A DNA stretch of 64,000 nt from NCBI GenBank assembly GCA_963932905.1, contig CAWVRN010000010.1:1-64000 (forward strand), read 5' to 3'. Made by a program: the position numbers and the translations under genes. A model generated the notes under the pieces. The model saw only the letters and a program-made list of their open reading frames with translations. It searched no databases and was not told the DNA's origin. Numbering within the stretch: the stretch's first letter is position 1; every line of letters begins with the position of its first letter. Of the stretch, positions 32,318 through 43,141 are shown piece by piece. Origin of the DNA: an uncultured Bdellovibrio sp. Its GTDB lineage: Bacteria > Bdellovibrionota > Bdellovibrionia > Bdellovibrionales > Bdellovibrionaceae.

Positions 32318-33277
32318 TTACCCACGTAAGCTAATAACCAATTGCCCTGCGTTAACCAGACATTCAAACGTCTTAAACTTAATGTGATAACGATCGCTGT
32401 CTTTGTCCAGCTGCCGAATGATTTCTTTTAACTGACTCGCTTTAATACTAGAAATGCCTTTTGAACTTACAAAATAAGCTAGGCAGCGCAGCTTTTCACT
32501 TTCAGCTAATGATAGAAAATAGATGAAATCAATTGAGTTAGTTTTAAAGTCCCACGGGAACTCGGTGGCCTGCGGTTTAAGCTCAGATAGAGAGCTGATT
32601 AATGACTTTGCAAGCCGCTTAACCGCGCCAGGTCTAGTTTTCTCGAGCCTAGGCAACCAATCGTTGCGTAGCCAATTTCTGAAGTATTTTGTGTCACGGT
32701 TACTGGGGTCGTCCACAAACGGAATTCCTCGGCCCTGTCGATATACATCAATTGCCTCCCTTTTTTGATTAGAAAATGGGCGCCACAAGGTCAACTTTCT
32801 GGTTTCTAAACGGGACCACTGAAAACTTTTACGTAAAGACGCAAAAGAACTGCCTCGAATCAATTTTATCAACTGGGTTTCTAACCAATCATCTAAATGA
32901 TGAGCTAAACAAACAATATCTGTACCGTGTTGCTCTGCAGAGTTTTGCAAACAGGTTAACCGAAACGATCGATAGTCAGCCTCTGATTTCAAATCTGCTT
33001 CCGATTTGTAAATATCGCACTCTACCCCATTCTTTGCACAGTAGTCAGCCACCAAATTTTCGGCTTCATCGCGATGTACTTTATTATCATTGTCTCCATG
33101 ATGGCAATGAATCACAACTAACCTATCCGACGGAAAACACGCCTGCAGAGCCGATAGTAAGGCCATGCTATCACGGCCACCAGAAACACTGACTAAAATT
33201 TTGCCTTGGAACGAATTTGGATTCTTCTTTGTCCACGAATTAAAAACAACATGTTCTAAGTTATGTTTTGCTTTCAC
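32318..33277 (-). CDS. tilS: tRNA(Ile)-lysidine synthase (short form)
   Basis: SGGRDS PP-loop, HHLDD..ET, RP and DPSN...RNWLR motifs. Upstream of ftsH. Confidence 0.88.
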   Translation of the reverse strand: MKAKHNLEHVVFNSWTKKNPNSFQGKILVSVSGGRDSMALLSALQACFPSDRLVVIHCHHGDNDNKVHRDEAENLVADYCAKNGVECDIYKSEADLKSEADYRSFRLTCLQNSAEQHGTDIVCLAHHLDDWLETQLIKLIRGSSFASLRKSFQWSRLETRKLTLWRPFSNQKREAIDVYRQGRGIPFVDDPSNRDTKYFRNWLRNDWLPRLEKTRPGAVKRLAKSLISSLSELKPQATEFPWDFKTNSIDFIYFLSLAESEKLRCLAYFVSSKGISSIKASQLKEIIRQLDKDSDRYHIKFKTFECLVNAGQLVISLRG

Positions 33278-34665
33278 TTAATTCCTAATGATTGCGTATT
33301 ACAAAATTCACGAATACCAAATTCACCGGATTCGCGACCATAACCAGAATCTTTTGCACCACCAAATGGCACGCGAGCATCTGATTTTAGAATTTCGTTT
33401 ACGGATATCATACCTACATCAAATTTTAAATGTAGTTTTTCTTTTTTAAATTTCTCGGCATCCCCCACCCAAACCGCACCTAAACCATACGGACTATCGT
33501 TCACTAGCGACCATAGTTCTTCATCAGCACCATAGGTCGTCACCATTCCTACCGGGGAGAAAATTTCTTGAGTTTGAAAAAAACGATAAACTTCAGACCC
33601 TTTATCGTTCATTCCTTTTTCTAACAAGAAAAACAATGGCGATACGAAATAGCCTTTATCGGCAGATAGCGATAAAGATTCCGTCTGCAGACTGGCTATC
33701 GATTTTAAAAATTGAACATGATTTTTATAGTCATCAAAAAAACGCCGATGGGCCAGTGGCCCTAGATTTGTTTTTTTATCTAACGGACTGCCGACAACGT
33801 ATTCATTGATTTCCATCTGAACCGCATTCATAAAATCAGTTTCTTTGCCTCGAGGAACAAAAAAGCGCTTGGACGCAATACAACTTTGTCCATTGTTCAG
33901 CAGCCGACCACTGACGGCTAGTTTTGCAGCTTTGCGAATATCTGCCGTCGTATCCACAACGAACGAATCGTTACCCCCCAGTTCCAACACCGATTTTTTT
34001 AAATACTTACCACAGAGTTCCCCAATACGACGTCCGACTTTAGAACTACCGGTGAACGTCACGGCACGAACAGACTTATGGGCAAAGATGAATTCAGATT
34101 GGTCAGAGTTTAGAATGATGGTTTGAAGCAAGGTAGGCCCTTGAGTTTGCTCTGCTAATTTCTCTAAAAATAGACCCACTTCTGTGGTGATTTCGGAGTG
34201 TTTAAACAAAATGACGTTACCTGCCAGCCAAGCACCGACGGCAAAACGGAAAAACTGCCACGCGGGATAGTTCCACGGCATCACCGAAAATACAACACCC
34301 ATCGGCGCAAAATTCACGCGAGTGTCTGGGTAGTGAGCGTCCACTGATTTTTCTTTAACCAACTCCGGGCCGTTCTTAATATAGTATTCAAACTGCGTAA
34401 TGCATTTTTCAATTTCTAGTTTGGATTCTACCAACGGTTTACCCATCGTTTCAGTGACGATGGCTGACAATTCAGGAATACTGCTCTTTAAATTATTTTT
34501 ATAGGATTCCAACCATATTATTCTTTGGTCAATTGACATTCTTTTCCAAATATCAAAAGACGAACTCAATTTTTCAATTTTACGAACGATGTCCCGTTCC
34601 GACATGTAGGTGTAGGTATTTATTTTCTCTTCAGTTGCTGGGTTCCAAGTATCAAAATGATTCAT
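33274..34665 (-). CDS. NAD(P)-dependent aldehyde dehydrogenase (succinate-semialdehyde dehydrogenase-like)
   Basis: MPWNYP, FTGS, LELGG, NGQSC, EIFSP and PFGG.K.SGYGRE motifs. Confidence 0.92.
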   Translation of the reverse strand: MNHFDTWNPATEEKINTYTYMSERDIVRKIEKLSSSFDIWKRMSIDQRIIWLESYKNNLKSSIPELSAIVTETMGKPLVESKLEIEKCITQFEYYIKNGPELVKEKSVDAHYPDTRVNFAPMGVVFSVMPWNYPAWQFFRFAVGAWLAGNVILFKHSEITTEVGLFLEKLAEQTQGPTLLQTIILNSDQSEFIFAHKSVRAVTFTGSSKVGRRIGELCGKYLKKSVLELGGNDSFVVDTTADIRKAAKLAVSGRLLNNGQSCIASKRFFVPRGKETDFMNAVQMEINEYVVGSPLDKKTNLGPLAHRRFFDDYKNHVQFLKSIASLQTESLSLSADKGYFVSPLFFLLEKGMNDKGSEVYRFFQTQEIFSPVGMVTTYGADEELWSLVNDSPYGLGAVWVGDAEKFKKEKLHLKFDVGMISVNEILKSDARVPFGGAKDSGYGRESGEFGIREFCNTQSLGIK

Positions 34666-34693
34666 GGAAAAATTGTATACCTAAATCCTAAAC

Positions 34694-34721
34694 CTTGACA
34701 GGAAAAATATCAAACTCATGT
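34694..34721 (+). promoter_or_regulatory. Putative sigma32-type heat-shock promoter
   Basis: CTTGACA-N13-ACTCATGT, compared with the RpoH consensus CTTGAAA-N13/14-CCCCATNT. Upstream of hsp20. Confidence 0.45.
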
Positions 34722-34781
34722 TTGCTATGAAACAAAGGAGAATTAGAGATAATTCTCTATGACAAACGAAAGGAGATCGTT

Positions 34782-35288
34782 ATGAGTCTAATTAGACGCA
34801 GCTATTTAAGCCCAACTGTCAATTCAAACTGGAATATCTGGCGCGAATTTGACGATATGATGAGAAACTTTGGCCGGGATTACGATGTGGAAACCACAAC
34901 ACCGGGGAAGACGTTTTCTCCTCAAGCCGAATTAAAAGAAAATGAAAAAGGATATCTGCTAAGTTTCGACGTTCCAGGTATCACAGAACAAGATATTAAA
35001 ATCGACTTTCATGATTCTGTGCTACGCATTTATGGCGAACGCAAATCTGAACACAAAGATGAAAAAGATGGAACTTTTCATACAGAAAAATATTATGGAC
35101 ATTTCGAAAGATCATTTAGATTACCGGAAACTATTGATGACGCCAACATAGAGGCAAATTATAACAACGGTGTATTGCAAGTGTTTCTACCTAAAACACC
35201 AGCAAAAGAATCTAAAAAGATTGAAATTAGAAAAGGTGAAAATACAAACTTTAGCTCGGTGACTGCAAAGACACCGGATTCTCACTAA
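34782..35288 (+). CDS. Hsp20/alpha-crystallin small heat-shock protein
   Basis: DVPG, GERK, YGHFERSFRLP and ANYNNGVL.V.LPK motifs. Confidence 0.95.
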   Translation: MSLIRRSYLSPTVNSNWNIWREFDDMMRNFGRDYDVETTTPGKTFSPQAELKENEKGYLLSFDVPGITEQDIKIDFHDSVLRIYGERKSEHKDEKDGTFHTEKYYGHFERSFRLPETIDDANIEANYNNGVLQVFLPKTPAKESKKIEIRKGENTNFSSVTAKTPDSH

Positions 35289-35339
35289 CCCCTTCACAGA
35301 CCCGGGCGTAGCTGTTGTGGCTACGCCTCCCCCCTCTTG

Positions 35340-35387
35340 GAGCGACTCGGCCAATTCTGGCCTACTAAAAAAGAGTCGCTCTTTTTT
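35340..35387 (+). terminator. Branched terminator-like structure after hsp20
   Basis: GAGCGACTC...GAGTCGCTC stem with a T tail, enclosing GGCCA-ATTC-TGGCC. Confidence 0.55.
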
Positions 35388-37338
35388 ATTCGATAACAGA
35401 ATATATTTTATTAACATCAGGTGTGATCATTCGAATTTTTGACTGATCTAAAACAAATATAATTTTTTGATTTGGATCATAAAAGGCGTCTTTTAATCTC
35501 AGCGAACAGGCTGAATTTGTAACTCCATTCGCACAGTAACCAGATCCCCAGCTATTATTTCCAGCCAGCGTTTCCCACGTTGCTGAAGTGAAGTTATACT
35601 TTTTAAATTCACTAGAAAACCCGCTCTTGGCAAACACGTCTTTGCCATTTGGGCTTTCTAAAATAAAATTGCCACCAACTGCGAAATTTGAAATTTGCAG
35701 ACCAGATTGAGCCGACCCTGTTCTATCAAAACCCAATATTTGCGGATTTGCGCACGTCTGAACCGAAGCCACCGGCAAGGTGATTTCGCAGACTCGTAAA
35801 TAGATATTAAGAATGTCTTGGTAGCTCTCGTCAAAGGTGATGGCCGCAGAACCCGCACTGATTAAATCTTTTCCAGAATGGCTAGCAATGTCGTATACAT
35901 TTTTAGTACTTAGATACAACGTCTGGATTTTTTTTGATTCAGTGGATTTATAAATCCGCAACTTATAGCGGGTTGCGCTGACAGTATTTAAAGCCGCTTC
36001 AGGGTCGCTCGATTGAAAAATAAGCCAGCCATTAGGCAAACTTTGAAAAGTTCCATAAAAAACCAAATTATCAGAGTAATCAATTTTAAGATCCACAGCC
36101 GATTCTATAGAATCTTCGGTGCTGGCCCCACCACCAATCACTGTTGATAATACCGGAGACGCATCATTAAAATCTACTTTTCTGATCACTAGTTCAGAAC
36201 TTGCCGTCGCTTTTCTATCTAGAATCCACAAAACGCCAGAACTTGACCAAGTCATCCGAAGGGGTTCAACAACCTTGGCTATGCTACCCACTGCACCGTC
36301 AACACCGCTTGCTGCGATACCTATCCAAATGGAATTGCACGGTTCACCCGAACACATATTCACCATATCAATTTTTCGAATTCCTTTTATCCGGTCACGA
36401 ATCAAAATACTTGAGTTTGGCAAATAAACAATGGCTCCTGGATCAATCGATTGCGAGTTACCTTGAAATCCCGTGTAGCCATAACCTGTAGACGAGTTTT
36501 GAATTGTCAGACCCAACCATTTAGAAGTGTCTCCTGACGATGACGCTTTATAAAACGCATCCGATGACGTTGGGATCGTTACCGCCGTCTGCGTGATCGA
36601 TATTTTATCTGTCGCTGCCGTATCGGTATTAACCCGCTGATTACCAGCACGATCTTTCAATTGCAAATATACATCTTGAGTCGAATTCAACATCCCTGCG
36701 AAAAAAGTCAGAGTCGAACTCGTCACATGAGATTTTTTTCTCCAGCAGTCGTCGTCCTCATCAATCGCCGCGCTACTTGAATTTAGACAATAACCACCAA
36801 TACCAGACAAATCATCGGTATCGCCAGATACGGATAAATTCTTGAAAAACGTGAAAGGCGTGACTGGCAAACTGCTATTGAGGGTTAATCCACCGGTCGT
36901 TAGTGTTGGCAAAACACCATCAATCGTAAACGGTGACGTCGATTCGATTTGTTTCGTAGCTGGAATTTTTCCATAAGTCGTAATTCTAATTTTAAAATCA
37001 CTTCCTGAAATCCCTACCGGGATATTCCAATTTACAGATGTCAACTGATCCGAACTTGACAGCACCTTAGCTTGAATCAAATTCCAAGTCGCTTCAGAGT
37101 CGCGTTTGTATTCGATGACATTCTCGTTAACACCCATAACATCATCAAATACCTTGAAATTGATTTTATACGTCGAATCAGCTCGATACGCATCACCGCC
37201 CTTGAAGTTATAAAGGGTTATATCGGGACGATACGATAAACCGGTTCCATTGGGCTTGTCGACCTTTGGATCAGTAACGTTGCTAGAACAACCAACCAGA
37301 ACCAATGTAAGAAGGAAGGATAAAACTACAAACTTCAT
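35386..37338 (-). CDS. Lipoprotein with Ig-like N-terminal region and NHL-like propeller repeats (paralog of 37335-41171)
   Basis: Lipobox LVGC. Shares CSS.VTDP, NFKGG, SPFT.D, D.CW.K, KD.AGN and DAF.D with its neighbour. Confidence 0.7.
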   Translation of the reverse strand: MKFVVLSFLLTLVLVGCSSNVTDPKVDKPNGTGLSYRPDITLYNFKGGDAYRADSTYKINFKVFDDVMGVNENVIEYKRDSEATWNLIQAKVLSSSDQLTSVNWNIPVGISGSDFKIRITTYGKIPATKQIESTSPFTIDGVLPTLTTGGLTLNSSLPVTPFTFFKNLSVSGDTDDLSGIGGYCLNSSSAAIDEDDDCWRKKSHVTSSTLTFFAGMLNSTQDVYLQLKDRAGNQRVNTDTAATDKISITQTAVTIPTSSDAFYKASSSGDTSKWLGLTIQNSSTGYGYTGFQGNSQSIDPGAIVYLPNSSILIRDRIKGIRKIDMVNMCSGEPCNSIWIGIAASGVDGAVGSIAKVVEPLRMTWSSSGVLWILDRKATASSELVIRKVDFNDASPVLSTVIGGGASTEDSIESAVDLKIDYSDNLVFYGTFQSLPNGWLIFQSSDPEAALNTVSATRYKLRIYKSTESKKIQTLYLSTKNVYDIASHSGKDLISAGSAAITFDESYQDILNIYLRVCEITLPVASVQTCANPQILGFDRTGSAQSGLQISNFAVGGNFILESPNGKDVFAKSGFSSEFKKYNFTSATWETLAGNNSWGSGYCANGVTNSACSLRLKDAFYDPNQKIIFVLDQSKIRMITPDVNKIYSVIE

Positions 37339-40300
37339 AATTTTATCTCACCAACACCCATTAAACCATCATAGTTAACCGGGAAATACAGTTTCTTTTC
37401 AGAATCCGAGTATTCCATCGAAACGCCCGCGCACTGATAACCAATTGGCAATTTAATTTTTACGCTACTTACATTGGTGGCTTTCGATCCATCACCTGTG
37501 TGACTTGTCATTGTGTTATCAAATGTATATTTATATAACTCACCATTTGCGAAGCAAATATAGCCTGTGAAACTTGGCGATTGCGCGGACTTATAGATAA
37601 AATGGTGACTTCGTACCAATGTTGGTAAACCACTGATCAGTGTTCCTACTTTGCCTCCACCTGTTACCTGATTGGATCCATTTCTGACTAACGAGATATA
37701 TCGAATCCGTGTTTCATTTAGCCAGGATTCACTGGCGTAAGAAATGATATAGCCGGTTCCATTGAAATCCAGGTACTGCGCCTTAGCCGAACTTCGCGGA
37801 AATGCACTTGTTCCCGCGACAGCGGTTCCATCAGCTGGCCATGTGAATTTCAGCCCTGTCCACCAATCCGTCATAGTGATATTTCGCACCAGAGGGCCAC
37901 CATCAACACTCGTTCGCGTTAACTTCATGCCGCCTTGGCGATCATATTGGTACCAGGTCCATGTTGAAAATAAAACAAACGGATTCGAAGCACCTTCAAT
38001 AGGCAAAATGCCTTGAATTTCATAGGACCTATCAATTGTTTCACACATCGCCGGCGACGTCGCAGTCGCCTCACATGCATTTGAGTTCAATTCATAAATA
38101 CGCTTCGTTGGGTTCGTTGCCGGACTTCCCAGGATGACTTCCCAATAATCCTTGTTCGCTCCTGTGGTTCGATTCAAACGTGCAAAAACTCTTGAACCAG
38201 CGCGTGCATAGATATTACCTACTGAATCCGCATACACACCAGAGTTAAAATTAAGATTTGTCTCGGTCGCTGTGGCATTGGAAATTAAGCTTCCATTATA
38301 AGTCGGAGCAACCGTTTTATAGACATTCCCGGCAATTCTATTGATTTTGAATTTTAATGGATCATCCGGATCCATTGAAAATTCACGAACCAGGCTTTCC
38401 CCCTGATCATGCACTATAAGTTTCGTATCAGAACTATGCAAGCTGACCGAACGAATATTGTTAAACCGAGCCGACAAACTATCACCCAGTAACGGCTCGG
38501 AAGCATCATAATCACCTTGTGACTTTGAAATCCCAAACAAGGTCACTACGATCGAATCTCTGTAACTTGACGTTTTCCTCACCAACACACGCAATCGATC
38601 ACGGTCGAAAAAATATATATTATCATTCTCGTCAATAAATGCGTCTTGGATATCCACGGCACATTCTAAGGCTCTAGTCCCATCTTCACATTGTCCGGTT
38701 CCGCCAGTTCCTAATATACGCTCAAACTTATTTGTTGAACCCATATATTTAAACAGACCCGCCATGTTCCGGTTCATGCTATAGAGCTCTCCGCGACGGG
38801 ATGTAATTAATCGAATCGCATCGCCATTCCAATTTTCCGGAATGTATTGAGTTCCCTCGCCCACACTACTGCCGGACTTTGGAGAATAGTTAGCCGATAT
38901 ATAGAAATCACGACAAAGCGAAGAGTAGAACGGACATCCACGAGTGTGAATATTCAGTAGTTTATTTGTTTGATAGTTAAATGAAATTTGCGGATTAACC
39001 AAAGGAGCTAACGATTCGAAAGTTTGGTTTATGTATAATGTACCAAATCCTTTTGACGTATCCCCAGAAAATTTGTAATTTAACGAGCCTGCACCTTTAA
39101 ATGGAATCAAACGAATTTCTGCCGCTTTAGACGAAGTCGCGGCCGAGTAATAAGCATACCACGACGGACCAGCACCTCGATTAGCCTGTTTAATATAATT
39201 TCCACGACCAAAACCTAATTCACGACTATGAAATCCTTCCAGGAAAAAATCGCCATTAGGAAGCGGTGTAATCGTGGGTTTTTTCCCAAACTGACAACCC
39301 GGAGCTGCCGTGAAATCCATTTTTAAATTCTTAAATTCATCTTCGTAGAAAATATTTTCTTTTTTAATTTTATAGTTAGTATCCGATTGACGATCATAGT
39401 TTTGCTTGTCGATATTGTTTAAAAGCAAATTGCCCGCAGAATTCACTTTGTAAAAAGCATTTTCTAACACAAAATCAGATTCAATGAATTTAGTAGGGTC
39501 TTGAGAGTAACCGACGTATGGTCCATAAGCCGGGCTCGCTCGCAAATCGTTATTATGCGCACGCATGCAACCACGTATCGGAAAAAAGTTTATTCCCGTA
39601 CTCTCTGGACCACCGCCAAGCAGTGTGTATATTTTTCCGTCGGTATCAATTCGACGAATTCGATCTTTCTCGATAATTAAAAGACGATCTTGATAGTCAA
39701 TCGTCATAGTATAAATACCCTGAGTGGTCGCGCCCGCAACCATGCCGCCATCGCCACTTGAGGCCGTGTTGGCGTCTTTCTTTAAATAGACTGAAACTGA
39801 TCCATCATCTGGATTTAATAATAGGATGCCTTTGCGAGCGTCATTGATATACGCACGACTTTTAGTATCGATAACAAAACTAGCTTCACTAGAGGGTTTG
39901 AAGCCCGCCGAGTTGGCAGAACCGCCCAATCCCAAATCCAAGTTGCCGGCGATCAGACGGAACTTTCCACCATTCAAAGGAGGTGATACCGAAGTTGAAA
40001 CCATACCCAATGCCGATGTCGCTTTGATCCTTACTTGGAAATCGGCCGTCGATGTATAGGAGAACTGTTTACAGAAATCATATCCAGATTTTGGTGAACA
40101 CGTCATCGATGAAATCGGCGATCCATATGTATTACCACCATCTAAAGAAATAGTTAATTCAACTGCTGTTGGAACGTCGTCTGTTTTATATTGAACGTAG
40201 ACAACAGAACCACCACCCGTAAAATCTTGCTCCGTACTGGAAGGCGGAACTTCGGGATTACTTGTATTTGCAAAAAGAACTTTTTGGAACTGAATCGCCT

Positions 40301-41171
40301 TAGCTGGACTGTATGTATATTCTTTCTTATCAACACCGGCTTCACCTAAACCTGATCTTAATACCGAAATGTTACCCGCTTGATCCTTTGCCCAAATACG
40401 GAATACATAATCGCCGGGCAAAAACCCAAGCACGTAAGGAATATTTTCTAAGTTGATGACTTTGGATGCCGCCACACTAAATTCGGATACTTTTTTCCAA
40501 CACGCATCTGTTTCCGTAGGGATAACAGATTCCTGCGATGTTTTATTTAAATTTTTCGCACAAATGAATGCGATAGGTGATGTTGCGTCCGTAAAACCAA
40601 CATTGTAATAAAAATAGCTTTTTCTAATTGGCTGATTGTTATTCAACACCAATGAAGTATCCTTAACTATCGGAACGTCGTTATCTAAGGTGAATGGTGA
40701 ATCCGATTGCGTCGATTTTTCTTCACCCGATGAATTATTAATCGTTACGCGCAGAAGGAACTTATCGCCGCCGCTAATTTCTGGCACACGCCAAATATAG
40801 CTAACAGCATAGCCACTGAGAGCCGGAATTCTATAAGCGCCAGGGACTTGTTTCCACGAAGCACCTAAGTCGTCGGAATACTCTACACGACTAGAAAATA
40901 AACCATAATCGTTTTGATTTTCTGGTTTTAAAATCCAACGAATTTCTTGATCACTACCAGACCTAACGAATTCACCGCCTTTAAAATTAAGCAGGCTTAA
41001 CCCTGGCGGAGCCAAGTCTTCTTCGCTTGGAAGTATAGTCTCACCAAAATAGTCATCACCTAGGAGTCCTGTTGATAGCTGTGGGTCTGTAACTGACGAT
41101 GAGCATCCGGCTAAGAACAATACTAAAGAAATTAAGTTCGCGATGATAAAATGATTAGATAGGAATTTCAC
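37335..41171 (-). CDS. Large lipoprotein with NHL-like beta-propeller repeats
   Basis: GTG start and lipobox LAGC. IRRIDTDGKIYTLLGGG, GQCEDGTRA, RIAG and SARFN are NHL-type repeats. Confidence 0.7.
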   Translation of the reverse strand: MKFLSNHFIIANLISLVLFLAGCSSSVTDPQLSTGLLGDDYFGETILPSEEDLAPPGLSLLNFKGGEFVRSGSDQEIRWILKPENQNDYGLFSSRVEYSDDLGASWKQVPGAYRIPALSGYAVSYIWRVPEISGGDKFLLRVTINNSSGEEKSTQSDSPFTLDNDVPIVKDTSLVLNNNQPIRKSYFYYNVGFTDATSPIAFICAKNLNKTSQESVIPTETDACWKKVSEFSVAASKVINLENIPYVLGFLPGDYVFRIWAKDQAGNISVLRSGLGEAGVDKKEYTYSPAKAIQFQKVLFANTSNPEVPPSSTEQDFTGGGSVVYVQYKTDDVPTAVELTISLDGGNTYGSPISSMTCSPKSGYDFCKQFSYTSTADFQVRIKATSALGMVSTSVSPPLNGGKFRLIAGNLDLGLGGSANSAGFKPSSEASFVIDTKSRAYINDARKGILLLNPDDGSVSVYLKKDANTASSGDGGMVAGATTQGIYTMTIDYQDRLLIIEKDRIRRIDTDGKIYTLLGGGPESTGINFFPIRGCMRAHNNDLRASPAYGPYVGYSQDPTKFIESDFVLENAFYKVNSAGNLLLNNIDKQNYDRQSDTNYKIKKENIFYEDEFKNLKMDFTAAPGCQFGKKPTITPLPNGDFFLEGFHSRELGFGRGNYIKQANRGAGPSWYAYYSAATSSKAAEIRLIPFKGAGSLNYKFSGDTSKGFGTLYINQTFESLAPLVNPQISFNYQTNKLLNIHTRGCPFYSSLCRDFYISANYSPKSGSSVGEGTQYIPENWNGDAIRLITSRRGELYSMNRNMAGLFKYMGSTNKFERILGTGGTGQCEDGTRALECAVDIQDAFIDENDNIYFFDRDRLRVLVRKTSSYRDSIVVTLFGISKSQGDYDASEPLLGDSLSARFNNIRSVSLHSSDTKLIVHDQGESLVREFSMDPDDPLKFKINRIAGNVYKTVAPTYNGSLISNATATETNLNFNSGVYADSVGNIYARAGSRVFARLNRTTGANKDYWEVILGSPATNPTKRIYELNSNACEATATSPAMCETIDRSYEIQGILPIEGASNPFVLFSTWTWYQYDRQGGMKLTRTSVDGGPLVRNITMTDWWTGLKFTWPADGTAVAGTSAFPRSSAKAQYLDFNGTGYIISYASESWLNETRIRYISLVRNGSNQVTGGGKVGTLISGLPTLVRSHHFIYKSAQSPSFTGYICFANGELYKYTFDNTMTSHTGDGSKATNVSSVKIKLPIGYQCAGVSMEYSDSEKKLYFPVNYDGLMGVGEIKL

Positions 41172-43141
41172 TAGAACCCCCTACCGATACAACGTGCGGC
41201 TAGTTTTAAACTTCGTGTTTTAAATGATTTCTGCCCACTGGCAGATTGAAACGTCCAAGCTTTTGAACGATCTGAAGAATATACCGAAGCCGTCCATTCT
41301 TCGTTGGCATTTGAATCGGCCATATCTGGCAGGACAAACTTCATCCCGTTATAATGAGCGATTCGATAATCATAAAGCGTTGGCAAGCGCCAATAAATTT
41401 TCTGGGTCGAAGACGAATGAATTCCAGCTTTGCCCGCCGCTTTGCCTGATGGCACGACTCCGTGAACAAACTGAGGCACATCAGAATAGTTGTCACTGAA
41501 ACCAGTATCTTCAAAGCAAGCACTGATAATATTTTGAGATACATTTTGCTCTTGGTTAGCCTGCAAATTACAAATGTTGGACGGATCATTTTCCGCCAAA
41601 TCTGGCAACTTCTGATTATTGCTACTGCCAGAAGCACGGCACCAATTTATGTTCGCAGATACTCGAGAACTCCAAAACATTTTAGTATTTTCGTCTCGCC
41701 ACACCTCTACATAGCCCACACCGGTTGCATTCACGCGTGTGATTAATTTCCAAGTGCCAAAACCTGAATTACCCACACTGCCATCGCCATTCCATGTTGA
41801 TGTATTACGATTTGTTTGTGCAACCGAGGCACCTGAAAGAGCCGAATTTATAACAGAGACGCAATCACTAATACGAGTATCCACTGTGCCTGTAAGTCCA
41901 CATTGCGAAGTACCCCAAGACGTTCTATCAACAAAAAATGCACTCGATTCGCCATCATGATCAGTACCTACTACTGGTACCAGCCTGTGAGCCGTATTGG
42001 CAACACAACCAGAGGCCTTAGTCCACTTCATATCTAAACCGCAATAAGATTCATCCTTGTAGGTACCCTTAATGGTTCCATTATTTTTCGGAGCTCCTGT
42101 ACCCCATTCTGTAGGGTTACCATCATAGGTACCAACGACTCCAAATATGTCGACGCCGGTCTTAATATTCGAAGCGATTAAATTAACACCAATACCAGAG
42201 CTTTTGTTAGCCGAAGCAAACCAACAATTAGATACATTCGATACAGCATCGCATGCGACACCACGACCGCCATATAATTCTGAGTAGGGATAATTTCCCG
42301 CAGTTACATCACAGGCCACAGTGTTTGCCGAATTAATTGTGCAAGCATTGGTTACTTTGTAGTATGTTTTATCATTCGGAACATAGCATGACGTTGTATT
42401 GGCAGAACCGGCAGGGCTCGAATTGCAATTACCACTTTTGCCGTTGTAAGCAGTTGTATAGTAATATGAATCCGTCACACCCGGATCATCTTTTGGAGCT
42501 AAACAATCTTGTGAAATTAAACCCGTTGGATCCACTTTTGTACTGCACATTGGTAAATTTGAAGGACCGGCTAAATAGACGCCGGTACCTGTTTGCAACC
42601 AACATTTGGCCGGATTCATTGTTGTCGTCGCTGTCGGAATTGCGCAGTCAAGAGTCCGAGCACCATATGTATTTGGACTTCTATAAATAAAGTGGCTAGA
42701 AGTTACTTTACATTTATCAGTGATCGCCACAGGTGATCCCAAAGTTCCATAACTACATTCATTTAAAGATCCACTTCCTAATGGGAAACCAGAAACGCCA
42801 AATAATGTAAGGGAACTATCAAAGTTACCCGGTGAAAACAGACGACTGTCCAAGCTGGCAGTCTTTCCCTCATACCAGCCAGCGGGTAAAGTTTGTTCTA
42901 AAACGTTGGCTGTGAAAATAACATCGGATCCCACGGTACCACGTCCACCGTAAGGCAAATCATATACGTACTGGTTTGTTTTTGAGGTCACACACACTTC
43001 GGTGGTTGGCCCAGCATCAGGGCAGACCGGATACGCTTCCGCACCCACGATAAATCTGGTCAACCGATCGGTGAAGGATTGAGCTTGAGTGTAGTTAGAG
43101 AATGAAATCAGAAAAAAGATAGTAATAATAAATGATCTCAT
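41171..43141 (-). CDS. Secreted Cys-rich repeat protein with C-terminal DUF1566/Lcl-like domain
   Basis: Signal peptide (..YTQA), about 22 Cys and YxYxxxYGGR repeats. NIKTGVDIFGVVG, WRD..T...W, WRLPT, AW.F and RCIG motifs. Confidence 0.72.
   Translation of the reverse strand: MRSFIITIFFLISFSNYTQAQSFTDRLTRFIVGAEAYPVCPDAGPTTEVCVTSKTNQYVYDLPYGGRGTVGSDVIFTANVLEQTLPAGWYEGKTASLDSRLFSPGNFDSSLTLFGVSGFPLGSGSLNECSYGTLGSPVAITDKCKVTSSHFIYRSPNTYGARTLDCAIPTATTTMNPAKCWLQTGTGVYLAGPSNLPMCSTKVDPTGLISQDCLAPKDDPGVTDSYYYTTAYNGKSGNCNSSPAGSANTTSCYVPNDKTYYKVTNACTINSANTVACDVTAGNYPYSELYGGRGVACDAVSNVSNCWFASANKSSGIGVNLIASNIKTGVDIFGVVGTYDGNPTEWGTGAPKNNGTIKGTYKDESYCGLDMKWTKASGCVANTAHRLVPVVGTDHDGESSAFFVDRTSWGTSQCGLTGTVDTRISDCVSVINSALSGASVAQTNRNTSTWNGDGSVGNSGFGTWKLITRVNATGVGYVEVWRDENTKMFWSSRVSANINWCRASGSSNNQKLPDLAENDPSNICNLQANQEQNVSQNIISACFEDTGFSDNYSDVPQFVHGVVPSGKAAGKAGIHSSSTQKIYWRLPTLYDYRIAHYNGMKFVLPDMADSNANEEWTASVYSSDRSKAWTFQSASGQKSFKTRSLKLAARCIGRGF

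Noticed and set aside
34735..34760. CIRCE operator upstream of hsp20
   Set aside because: The inverted repeat does not match TTAGCACTC-N9-GAGTGCTAA.
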